DNA from: a virus
Taxonomy: Duplodnaviria; Caudoviricetes
Reading direction: 5' to 3' (one strand)
Length of the DNA: 35,061 nucleotides
IMG/VR virus record: IMGVR_UViG_3300036779_000110
Span: 1-35,061 of that record
The translations under genes were made by a program, and so were the position numbers. The notes under the pieces were generated by a model. That model searched no databases. It was given only the letters and a program-made list of their open reading frames with translations, and had not been told where the DNA came from. Positions 1 through 8,419 of this stretch are shown one piece after another; the first letter of the stretch is position 1, and each line of letters starts with the position of its first letter.

Positions 1-1
1 T

Positions 2-568
2 TTCAATAAGATCGGTTTAGCTGTTCGCGACAATTTGTGCTGGATTTGCGGTCGGAAGCTTCGCCGTATTTCTGCCTTCGTTATTGGGCCGATGTGCGTT
101 GTCAATCGGGTATCCGCCGAGCCGCCCTCCCATCCTGAATGCGCCGATTTCGCCGCCCACGCCTGCCCGTTCCTCACGCGTCCGCTGGCCAAGCGGAATG
201 AGCGCGACCTTCCGACCGCCGTTCAGGAGCCGCCGGGCGTCATGTTGGGCCGGAACCCTGGCGTGACCTGTGTTTGGTGGGCGTTCAATTTCAAGCCAAT
301 CCGTACCGAAACCGGCTTGCTGTTCAGGATCGGCCAGCCGGTCAAGGTCCAATGGTTCGCCCAAGGGCGCCGCGCCACCCGCGAAGAGGCCATCGAGAGC
401 CTCGACTCCGGCATGCCGTTCCTACGCCAGCTTGCCGAGGCCGAAGGGCCGCAGGCGATGGCTGAACTTGCCGCCGCCCACCAAGAGGCGATGCGGCTTC
501 TACCGCAACCCGCAACCGAGCCAGGGGGAGTGACCGATGGCAATCCATGCCTATCAGCCGGACCATAA
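2..568 (+). CDS. Cys/His-rich phage protein of unknown function, 5'-truncated
   Basis: Frame is open from base 2 (FNKIGLAVRDNLCWICG...). Motifs CxxC, GPMC and EPPSHxEC...ACPFL suggest metal binding. Confidence 0.75.
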   Translation, partial: FNKIGLAVRDNLCWICGRKLRRISAFVIGPMCVVNRVSAEPPSHPECADFAAHACPFLTRPLAKRNERDLPTAVQEPPGVMLGRNPGVTCVWWAFNFKPIRTETGLLFRIGQPVKVQWFAQGRRATREEAIESLDSGMPFLRQLAEAEGPQAMAELAAAHQEAMRLLPQPATEPGGVTDGNPCLSAGP

Positions 569-965
569 GGCCTTCATCGCCAAGGTGGATCAGCGCGACG
601 CGGAGGCCGGAAGGAAAGAGGCGCCCATGCCTGCCGCCAACCCGCAAGCCGCCGCTTACCGCAGCCAAGCGAAATGGGCGAAGCCGCTCCCGCACACGCA
701 CAAGAATTTCATCCCGGCGCAGAGTTGGCTTTCGTATTCCTGGATCGACAAGGACCCCGATCTCGACGCCGTGAAGATGGCTATAGAAGACAGCGGGATG
801 ACCCTTGAACAGATCGAACAGGAAACCGAAAAGGTCGGTCACAAGGTCAGCCGCTACACCTTGTTGAACTGGTATTTCGGCGAGACGCGACGTCCGCAGA
901 ACGCCACCATGTCCACCGTCATGGCCGTCCTAGGATGGGACCGGCCCTGGCAAAAACGCCGCTAG
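537..965 (+). CDS. XRE-like helix-turn-helix protein
   Basis: SGMTLEQIEQET...VSRYTLLNWYFGETRRPQNATMSTVMAVLG fits the XRE HTH pattern. A GGGAG RBS lies upstream. Confidence 0.7.
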   Translation: MAIHAYQPDHKAFIAKVDQRDAEAGRKEAPMPAANPQAAAYRSQAKWAKPLPHTHKNFIPAQSWLSYSWIDKDPDLDAVKMAIEDSGMTLEQIEQETEKVGHKVSRYTLLNWYFGETRRPQNATMSTVMAVLGWDRPWQKRR

Positions 966-980
966 ACCGGAGTCGCGCCC

Positions 981-2120
981 TTGTCGAAAGCCGCCCCTTC
1001 GACCGGCATTGATCCGGTCATCCTCGCCCGCTTCCTCGTCATGCCCGGCGTCGAACCGCTGTTGGACGCCTTCGGGCGCATCCCGCCGGGGCCGATGCGG
1101 GACAGCGTGATCCATCTCGCCCGCACCCTCGCCGATCAGTACAGCGCCGCCCCGGCGGGCCAGGGTATGCCGGACCCGCTGTTGACCGCCGCCGGGTTCA
1201 TCGTCACCCCACCGCCAGCAAAAGAGGCGGGCCGCCTGGCGGGACCGGTCGCGAGCGCCCCGGCTGTGAAGCCGAAAGACGACCTGCCCGAGAACCTTCA
1301 AGGTCCCGAGGCTGATGTGATCCGCCGCCGCAAGAAAGGCCAGCATCCGCAACAGATACAGGCCGAAATGAGCGGCCTTTCCCGCGCTCACATTGATCGG
1401 ATCATCGCCGAGGCGAAGAAGGCCGGAATCACCTTCCCCAATATCCGGGGGCCGAAGGGCCGCCCGCTGGAATCGAAGATTTGGCATACCAGCCTCGACA
1501 CCATGCGCGGCCAGGGTCTGTCCCGCGTCAAAGCCGCCGCCGACGCCCGAGGCGTCACGCCCGGCGAATACCTTCGCCGCAAACTTCTCGCCGTCGAGAT
1601 GGCGATGAACGGGGCGCAGTACCCCGAAATGATGCGGGCGACCGACGTCGACATGAAGACGATCAGCTTATGGTTGAGCAACGCCCGCGCCGCTGGCTTG
1701 AAGGTCCCCTATACCGGGCGGCTTGCGGATCACGGCCAGGAGCCCGCGCCAGCGGTCCCGGCCGTCACAGCCCGGCCGAAACCGGAAAACGCCCTGGCGC
1801 CCCCTCCTAGCGCCGCAGCGGCCGGGTCTAACGTCATCCGGCCGTCCCGGTTCTTCGGGCCGTTCAGCGCGGTAGGCCCGCGTCAGGCGTCGATTGTCGC
1901 CCGCGCCGCCGCGCGCCGGAACCTGACGCCCGACGCCTACCTCGATCTTCAAGAGAGCATCGTGCGCCAGCGCATGAACGGCCTGAACCCGATGACCATC
2001 GCCACCAACACCGGCGCCGACCCGATTTTCATCAAGGACGCGCTTCAGGCGGCCAAGGAAAAGGGCGCGATCTACCCGCCTTGCCCAAAAGGCTGGTCCG
2101 TGAAAACCGCGACCGGGTGA
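981..2120 (+). CDS. Multi-HTH putative regulator with three internal repeats
   Basis: Three units end in similar helices (IIAEAKKAGITFP, WLSNARAAGLKVP, ALQAAKEKGAIYP). GGAG RBS precedes the TTG start. Confidence 0.7.
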   Translation: MSKAAPSTGIDPVILARFLVMPGVEPLLDAFGRIPPGPMRDSVIHLARTLADQYSAAPAGQGMPDPLLTAAGFIVTPPPAKEAGRLAGPVASAPAVKPKDDLPENLQGPEADVIRRRKKGQHPQQIQAEMSGLSRAHIDRIIAEAKKAGITFPNIRGPKGRPLESKIWHTSLDTMRGQGLSRVKAAADARGVTPGEYLRRKLLAVEMAMNGAQYPEMMRATDVDMKTISLWLSNARAAGLKVPYTGRLADHGQEPAPAVPAVTARPKPENALAPPPSAAAAGSNVIRPSRFFGPFSAVGPRQASIVARAAARRNLTPDAYLDLQESIVRQRMNGLNPMTIATNTGADPIFIKDALQAAKEKGAIYPPCPKGWSVKTATG

Positions 2121-2134
2121 CACAGGAGGCGTGA

Positions 2135-2587
2135 ATGCATGTCCAAGTCAGATTCGCCCTTAACACCGCATCCGCGCCGGAATCACAGATCACCAATTTG
2201 CTTTTGAGGCTTCCAGAACAATGGACCGGGCCAGTCGCGCGCGTTTACGTCAGCGCCTTCATTTACGGATTAGTATTCTATTTAGCGGGATGGTTGGCCG
2301 CTCTGTTGTGGATCGTGCCGCCGACTGCACGATTCTCGCGGATTGTCCTGTTCCTGGCCGCGACCGGCTGGATTCCGTTCCTGTACCTGTACCTCATCTT
2401 CACCGGCTGGATCGTCGCTCGTTTGCAGCAACGCCTTCAGCTTCAACAGGAGGCGATTGAACGCCTTGAAGACGACTATGGGGACGTGATCGGCGAGACG
2501 GTAACGAACATCGTCAACCAGCTTCAGGCTATCGACCCGGCTGAAGGGCCGGGCGCGGACTTAACGAGATTTTTCAAAGGCCATTAA
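2135..2587 (+). CDS. Membrane protein, two TM helices plus coiled coil
   Basis: AGGAGG RBS; two long hydrophobic segments followed by LQQRLQLQQEAIERLE. Confidence 0.7.
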   Translation: MHVQVRFALNTASAPESQITNLLLRLPEQWTGPVARVYVSAFIYGLVFYLAGWLAALLWIVPPTARFSRIVLFLAATGWIPFLYLYLIFTGWIVARLQQRLQLQQEAIERLEDDYGDVIGETVTNIVNQLQAIDPAEGPGADLTRFFKGH

Positions 2588-2636
2588 CGGGGACGGCGCT
2601 CCAGGGGGAGGGGGAGCGACCGGGGAGGATCGTGCA

Positions 2637-2855
2637 ATGAATCACGAAGACGACGAAGAACTGACTATCCGGGAAGTGTGCCGCCTGATGAAATTTGGCC
2701 GGACCACCTTCTATCAGCGGGTGCGCGACGGCATGTTCATCACGCACCTGAGCATGAACAACCGGCGCGTCATCTGGAAATCCGACCTCCTGGCCGCCCG
2801 CGAGGAAGCGGCCAGGAAGCGAGCGGCGATCAAGCCGCCGCCCGGAAAGCCTTGA
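2637..2855 (+). CDS. xis: AlpA/excisionase-like winged HTH (recombination directionality factor)
   Basis: LTIREVCRLMKFGRTTFYQRVRDG...RVIWKSDL; GGAGG RBS; converges on the integrase and overlaps it by 26 bp. Confidence 0.8.
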   Translation: MNHEDDEELTIREVCRLMKFGRTTFYQRVRDGMFITHLSMNNRRVIWKSDLLAAREEAARKRAAIKPPPGKP

Positions 2856-4194
2856 CCTTAGTACTGCCGCAGAATGCGGCCCAAGCGTCTAGCACCACTC
2901 GCCGCGCCTCGACGTTATCGCTCTTGTCGTAGGCGTTGCGCGCCGCATCGCCTACGACGTGCGCCATGCACAATTCCAAGGTCGTTTCATCGAACATGCG
3001 CTTCTTCGCCTTCCGGTCGAATTGGTCGCCGCCCCATGTCCTGAACGTGGTTCGGAAGCCGTGCACACACGCCTGACGCCTGTCTACAAACTGACCGTTC
3101 TCGTTGTCGAAGCGCTCGACCAGATGCGGGTAAACCGTCCGCAGCGTGTCGTTCAGTTTATCGACGTGCATTTCGCCGCCGCCGACCGCTTCGAACAGCA
3201 GGCCGGACTTCGGCTGTTCGCCGCCCGCTAGCGCGACCAGGGCGTCAAGGATTTCCAGGTGACGGACGGTCAGGGGGATACGGTGGGCGCCGACGTTCTT
3301 GATTTTCATCTTCGCCGCCGGGACCGTCCACACCTTCGCGGCGCGGTCGATTTCCGACCAATCGGCCGTCGTCACCGCCGACGCCCGGATCACGGACAGC
3401 ACCAACCATTCAACGGCCAAGGTCCGGGGGTTGACCTCCTGCGCCCGCAAATCAGCCAGGGTCGCCGCGACATGTTCGACCGGAACCCGCGCATGGCCAA
3501 CGCTGCGCTTCGGCGCCGCCGCAAAGCGGAACCGTTGGCGCTTGGTGAACTCGGCCGGGTTTTCGGCGTCGCCCGCCATGTAACCGTGCGCCGCGCACCA
3601 CTCGAACATGAGCCGCATTTGAATTTCGACCTTCCGGCTTTGCTCCGCGCAAGCGCACCGTTCACGAATGGCCTTCAGCGCGCGCACCACGTCATCGTGC
3701 GTGATCGAGGCGGGCGCCATGCCGCCGACGCCAGCCGTCAATTCCGGCTTCAATTGGTTGGCCCAATAGGCTTGTCGTTTCGGGTTCTTCGGGCCGATTT
3801 CCACCGCCGCGAGCTTGGCCAGTTCGAACAGGGTCTTGCTGGTCTGGCGGACCACGATAGCGGCCTTCGCCGCCGCCTTGGTCGCCACGCGCTCACTGCG
3901 CGGGTCGATGTTCTTGTCCTTCAGGGCTTCACAGGCGGCGCGCTTTTCGCGAGCAGCGCCAAGGTCGATCTTGTGGGCTGACCCGATGTTCAGTTCGCAC
4001 GCCTTGCCGCCGAACTGATAGCGGTACAGCCAGGAGCGTTGCTCGCCCTTGCCGACGATCAGCCACAGGCCGCCGCCGTCGTTCACCTTGCCAGTCGATT
4101 GGATACCGTTCTTCGTTTCGATCCGGGGCGTCTCGCCCATCAGGGACGTGAAGGTCTTGCCGTGGATCAGGGCGATTTTCTCGCGCTTGGCCAT
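2830..4194 (-). CDS. int: P4-type tyrosine integrase with N-terminal arm-binding domain
   Basis: Arm-binding motif DGGGLWLIV...SWLYRYQFGGK. Catalytic set present: R (VIRA), K (KMK), HGFR, H (MAHV), Y (NAYDK). Confidence 0.95.
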   Translation of the reverse strand: MAKREKIALIHGKTFTSLMGETPRIETKNGIQSTGKVNDGGGLWLIVGKGEQRSWLYRYQFGGKACELNIGSAHKIDLGAAREKRAACEALKDKNIDPRSERVATKAAAKAAIVVRQTSKTLFELAKLAAVEIGPKNPKRQAYWANQLKPELTAGVGGMAPASITHDDVVRALKAIRERCACAEQSRKVEIQMRLMFEWCAAHGYMAGDAENPAEFTKRQRFRFAAAPKRSVGHARVPVEHVAATLADLRAQEVNPRTLAVEWLVLSVIRASAVTTADWSEIDRAAKVWTVPAAKMKIKNVGAHRIPLTVRHLEILDALVALAGGEQPKSGLLFEAVGGGEMHVDKLNDTLRTVYPHLVERFDNENGQFVDRRQACVHGFRTTFRTWGGDQFDRKAKKRMFDETTLELCMAHVVGDAARNAYDKSDNVEARRVVLDAWAAFCGSTKVKAFRAAA

Positions 4195-4199
4195 GTCGT

Positions 4200-4425
4200 T
4201 CTCTACCTCAAAATGTTACCCCGGAACCGGGGCTAAAACTTCGCCTTTGAGTTAGAACGACTTACGCCGAACGCGCAAAATATATCTTTTCAAGCAAGCA
4301 CTTACCGCCCATGTCCGACCAGCTTCGAACGCCAGATTTCCCCATCGAGGGGGAAGGTAGCCGTTGAAATTGCTGGTCTTTTTCGACGGCGTTGCGCGAC
4401 TATCACAGGGTTTGGCACAAATTGA
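4200..4425. other. Putative attP region
   Basis: Non-coding and AT-richer, immediately 5' of int. Palindrome TTCCCC-ATCGAG-GGGGAA at 4338-4355, IHF-like sequences on both sides (AAGCAAGCACTTA; GTAGCCGTTGAAA), repeated GAACG. Crossover point not determined. Confidence 0.55.
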
Positions 4426-4434
4426 CGCAGGCTT

Positions 4435-4680
4435 TCAAACGGTAGCGTCACCGTGATCTCCAAGTCGCCTCAGTGTCTCGGCTTCCGTGAACCTGACGAG
4501 TCGAACCGGCTTGCCGCTCAAGGCGGCATGGGCGACGGCGTAAAGCGCCAAGGCGTCGATGATTTTCCGTTTCATGGACACCAACGGGACCGCCGCTGAC
4601 CCGACACCGGGAATGACTGCGGCCACCGGCCCTTCGGACCCGTCAGCCTCTTTCACGATCCATGCGAACAGGTCAGCCAT
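4435..4680 (-). CDS. Hypothetical phage protein
   Basis: 81-aa ORF with an ordinary protein-like composition, downstream of the DUF6283-like gene. Confidence 0.65.
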   Translation of the reverse strand: MADLFAWIVKEADGSEGPVAAVIPGVGSAAVPLVSMKRKIIDALALYAVAHAALSGKPVRLVRFTEAETLRRLGDHGDATV

Positions 4681-4713
4681 GATGCAAACCGTAGCGTAGC
4701 ATTAGGGCCGAAT

Positions 4714-5109
4714 CTAGCGCAGCCGCCGGATAAGCCGGTGGATCATGGCCAGCGCCCGCTCGCCCGGCGCGTCGATATCGGCGAGTCCATGTTCGGCCGC
4801 CTCCTGGCCCGATCCAAACAACGGGACGGCGGTCCGGTAATCCCACGCCCGGCGCGTGACCTTAGCCCCGCTCAATCGCATCGCCAGGAGGTTATGTGGG
4901 CCGTGACAGGCCAGCCACCCCGCGCACAGGTTGCCGTCCCGTTGGTGACAGTGGAACAGGCCGAACGCCCCGGCCGCTAGCTGGTCGGGTATGTCGCCGT
5001 CATAGCCGGGGAGCTTCACGTACTCTTCCGCCGCCCACACCCCGGACGGCACGTCGCGGCGATAGGGGCAGGATTTGCAAGGGGCTTTCGCCACACCGAG
5101 AACGGTCAT
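4714..5109 (-). CDS. DUF6283-like Cys-rich protein
   Basis: PCKSCPYRRDVPSGVWAAEEY..LP.YD...FHCHQ...LCAGWL pattern recognised from memory of the family. Confidence 0.75.
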   Translation of the reverse strand: MTVLGVAKAPCKSCPYRRDVPSGVWAAEEYVKLPGYDGDIPDQLAAGAFGLFHCHQRDGNLCAGWLACHGPHNLLAMRLSGAKVTRRAWDYRTAVPLFGSGQEAAEHGLADIDAPGERALAMIHRLIRRLR

Positions 5110-5305
5110 GCCCCTAGATACCGCGAAGCCTGTAGACTCTCAGAGTCGAAAATCCGGGCCACTGGCGGCCACGGCGCGGCGAGCGGCCTTGGGTAGCTGG
5201 GGAGTCGGGAAAACGGCTGTAGGGGGCCTTCCTGCGCGCCTATGCCGCCTTGGGGCCATACCCGACCCCTGCTACAAGCCGCGACCGCAAAGGAGGCGTT
5301 CGCCT

Positions 5306-5500
5306 ATGTACCTGTTGATTGGCCTGATCGGCGCCGGGGTCGTGCTCGGGGTGAAAGGCGTTGCTTGTTACGGCGACCCGTTCTTTTATGGCTTCGCTTA
5401 TTGGCCTAAAGCAATCGGCATGGCCATCTTGCATACGCTGTTCTGGCCGTTCTTCCTCGTTCGCCTGATCGTCAACAGCATCTGTGAGAATGCCTACTAG
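5306..5500 (+). CDS. Small two-TM membrane protein (moron-like)
   Basis: AAGGAGG RBS; 64 aa MYLLIGLIGAGVVLG...LFWPFFLVRLIV; antisense to the virion operon. Confidence 0.7.
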   Translation: MYLLIGLIGAGVVLGVKGVACYGDPFFYGFAYWPKAIGMAILHTLFWPFFLVRLIVNSICENAY

Positions 5501-7659
5501 ACTCCCGGATTGATCCACGATTGGTCGGATGGCGGCTGATCCTGGCCGGTGCTCAACCCTCCGGCCGCTCCACGATTGATTGCTGAAATTGTTTTCAGCA
5601 TCGTATTCATGTCATAGCCGGACGAAGACGTCCCCTGTGCCGCCGCACCGAATAAATCCTCTGGCGACTTCAGACCAAACAGCACTTCACCGAGATGGCG
5701 GCTCACGTCCGGGTTGGTTAGTGGAAAATTCTGCACTTTCGACAACCCCTTCAGCCCAAGCGCTAAACTGCCTGATATCGGCGCCTTGAGGAATTTACGG
5801 GTCGCATTGACTGCATTGATCCCGGCTATCGCGCTATCCGACGCATCAGGTTCATCAGTCCCGGCTTCATTCGCGGCGTCCACGTCTGCCTTCAACGGCG
5901 TAGTGCGCGAGCCAGCCAGGACGTTGTTGTGTGTGGCTTGCTGGTCAGCTTCCTGTTTGATCGAGTCCATGAAGGCGTTGAACGCCGTATCGCCGTCATC
6001 ACCGAGCGCGAAACCCGCCCGCAACCGCTGCTGCATGGTCTGGTTATTGGTAAGCTGGCGATAGAAGGCTTGCGGGTTGTCGCCCTGTGCCTTGCCCGTC
6101 AATTCATAAGCCATGCCGGTCTGCTGCGCTTGTAGCTGTTCCGGGGTCATGTCTGCCGTCGATTGTTCGACAAGTTCAGGATCGGTTTGCTTGCGCACGA
6201 TATCGCGGCCAGTCTGCATCGCATCGAGGATATCGGAGCCCTGACTCCACGCCGCCCGCGCTTGCGCATTGGCCGGGACAAGCTGGCCTAAACGGTTCAC
6301 GAACTCATTGCGCAGCCCGAGCATCGCCCGGCCTTCGGTGCTCAACCGGCCGCCCTGGTAATAGGGGCGCAAGGCTTCATCCCAACCTTGCGCCATTTTA
6401 TCGAGCATCGGGGCGCCGGGCGTCTGTGCGTTCACCACCTGACCATTGTTGATGATGTTCTGGTCCCAGGTTGATGGCTGGCCGGTCACGACCGATTCCG
6501 CCTCGGCGATCCGCTGCGCCGAGGTCATCGCCCGCTGGCCGATATCGGTGTTGAGGATCGGCCCCATGAGACGCTGAAAATCGACCTCGTTGACCGGAGT
6601 CGCGGCGCTTTGCGCATAGAGCGGATCGGCGACCGCCTTACGGGCGGCGGTCTGCATATCTTTCGTCGGGTAATAGTCACCACGGCTGGCGCCGGTCGCG
6701 TCCTGAACTGCCACCATCACACGCGGGCCAGCTTGCCCGGATCGTGTGGCGATTTGGGCTTGAGCGATATCCTGGCCAGGGCCAGGAGTCGCCGCCACAG
6801 CCCGCGCCAAACTCTTACCGCCACCACCCATCTGTTGAAACGGGAATTGGCCGTCCGGGACGCTGGCTGGATCGAGAGTCACGGCGTCGGGCGCCCGGTT
6901 CTTCAAAATCTGCGCCGCTTTCATCGCCGCCTTCTGCGTTGCTGTAGCGCCCTTGTTGGCGAATTCTTGCATCCCTTTGCCCACAGCGCCTACGACTGGA
7001 GGCGCGGCGCCGCCGATCACGGCGCCTATCGGCGCTGCACGTTTCGCCGCATCTGTGCGGGCCTGAAGGTCGCCGTCCGTATTGGCGAAAGCGTTGATCG
7101 CGGCCAAGGTCCCGCCGGTCACGGCGTTCTTGCCGGTATTGAGCCCGGCGCCGAGCAAGCCCTTCGCCGTCGTCGGCGCGCCTGCATCGCCGATCCCGAG
7201 CAAGCCTTTCGCGCCGCGCACCACGTTCGGGAGCAGCCCCTCGACGGCCGGGAGTTCGGAGGCGCCGCCGCTCGAAATCGCACCGACAACCTGACCGCCG
7301 ATTCCAGCGCCGGTCGCCGCGCCGCTCAAGTACGGGTGCGCGGCTTGGAACGCATCGGCCTGCGCCTTCTGCTGTGCTCGCGCATTCGCCCAAGCACTCG
7401 ACAGACTTGGGGCGCCGCCGAACACGCGTCCGGCTAAAGCGCTGACGCCAGCGCTCGCTTCGTCAGCGAACGGGATCGACCGTTCAAGCGTATCGACGGC
7501 GCCTGTCACCGGGTCCGTCTTCAGCCCGACCTTGCTGGCGAACTGATCGAACGGAATCTTGCTGTAGAACTTGGCATGCAGCGCGTTCGCCAACTGCGCA
7601 TCACTCACGCCGTTGTACTGCGGATATTGTTGACGGAAGGCGGCGAGCTTCGTGACCAT
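5497..7659 (-). CDS. Large internal virion / DNA ejection protein
   Basis: 720 aa, Ala/Gly/Gln-rich, last gene of the podoviral structural operon; N-terminal FRQQYPQYNGVSDAQLA motif. Confidence 0.7.
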   Translation of the reverse strand: MVTKLAAFRQQYPQYNGVSDAQLANALHAKFYSKIPFDQFASKVGLKTDPVTGAVDTLERSIPFADEASAGVSALAGRVFGGAPSLSSAWANARAQQKAQADAFQAAHPYLSGAATGAGIGGQVVGAISSGGASELPAVEGLLPNVVRGAKGLLGIGDAGAPTTAKGLLGAGLNTGKNAVTGGTLAAINAFANTDGDLQARTDAAKRAAPIGAVIGGAAPPVVGAVGKGMQEFANKGATATQKAAMKAAQILKNRAPDAVTLDPASVPDGQFPFQQMGGGGKSLARAVAATPGPGQDIAQAQIATRSGQAGPRVMVAVQDATGASRGDYYPTKDMQTAARKAVADPLYAQSAATPVNEVDFQRLMGPILNTDIGQRAMTSAQRIAEAESVVTGQPSTWDQNIINNGQVVNAQTPGAPMLDKMAQGWDEALRPYYQGGRLSTEGRAMLGLRNEFVNRLGQLVPANAQARAAWSQGSDILDAMQTGRDIVRKQTDPELVEQSTADMTPEQLQAQQTGMAYELTGKAQGDNPQAFYRQLTNNQTMQQRLRAGFALGDDGDTAFNAFMDSIKQEADQQATHNNVLAGSRTTPLKADVDAANEAGTDEPDASDSAIAGINAVNATRKFLKAPISGSLALGLKGLSKVQNFPLTNPDVSRHLGEVLFGLKSPEDLFGAAAQGTSSSGYDMNTMLKTISAINRGAAGGLSTGQDQPPSDQSWINPGV

Positions 7660-7662
7660 TGG

Positions 7663-8409
7663 CTAATTTCCAAACAGATTAACCGGGTCGTTCTGCTGCT
7701 GCGCCGATGCGCTTTTGGCTTTCAACGCGGCGTTCGTCTGCGCCCGTGGATTACCGGGCTGCTGACCCGGCTGGCCACCCTGCTGTCCTTGTTGCTTGTT
7801 CCAGGCCGTTAACGCGTCGGCATAGCTACCCTGGCCGCTATGCACAAACCGGGTCGCGAATTGAAGTTGCGATAGGCCGCTATCAGCTTCGCTCTGAAGC
7901 CGATTTGCGATGGCCTGATTATCGGTTCCCCAATTCGTCGGTCCCGGAAAAGCTTGCTTCCACGACTCTGCTTCCGTCGTGCGGATCGGACCGGAACCCG
8001 GCGGTCGCATCTGCGCCCAATTCGCCGCGTTAATATTGCTAAGGTTTTTGATTGCCGCCGCTTTATCAGGATCGGCCACGTTATTATACAGCCGCGCAAG
8101 GCTTGGTATTGAGCCATGGAAACCCATTAAATTGACCGGTGTGTCAGCATAAGCAGGACCGGTCGCTAACTGACCTTGCGCCTTCATGAATCCTTGGGCC
8201 GCCGCCGCCATTTTCTGTTGTTGGATAACGGATTTGGTTGCTTCCGTAATCGCGTCGGAGTCCGATTTGGCAATCGGCGAATTTGGATTGTAACCCCCCG
8301 TTGCATCCGGGGTCGCCTTGCTCATATCGGCGTTCACGCCAAGTGACGCCGCGTATTGTGCAAGCTGTGCATTGGTCAGGCCCGCTAGAGGATTTGTCGC
8401 GGCTGGCAT
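7663..8409 (-). CDS. Putative internal virion / ejection protein
   Basis: 248 aa, Ala/Gln-rich, tightly coupled within the ejection cluster. Confidence 0.6.
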   Translation of the reverse strand: MPAATNPLAGLTNAQLAQYAASLGVNADMSKATPDATGGYNPNSPIAKSDSDAITEATKSVIQQQKMAAAAQGFMKAQGQLATGPAYADTPVNLMGFHGSIPSLARLYNNVADPDKAAAIKNLSNINAANWAQMRPPGSGPIRTTEAESWKQAFPGPTNWGTDNQAIANRLQSEADSGLSQLQFATRFVHSGQGSYADALTAWNKQQGQQGGQPGQQPGNPRAQTNAALKAKSASAQQQNDPVNLFGN

Positions 8410-8419
8410 CGGCTTTGTC

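Noticed and set aside
4310-4345. tRNA T-arm fragment as att core (GTTCGAA on the minus strand)
   Set aside because: No 5-bp T-stem, acceptor strand or CCA.
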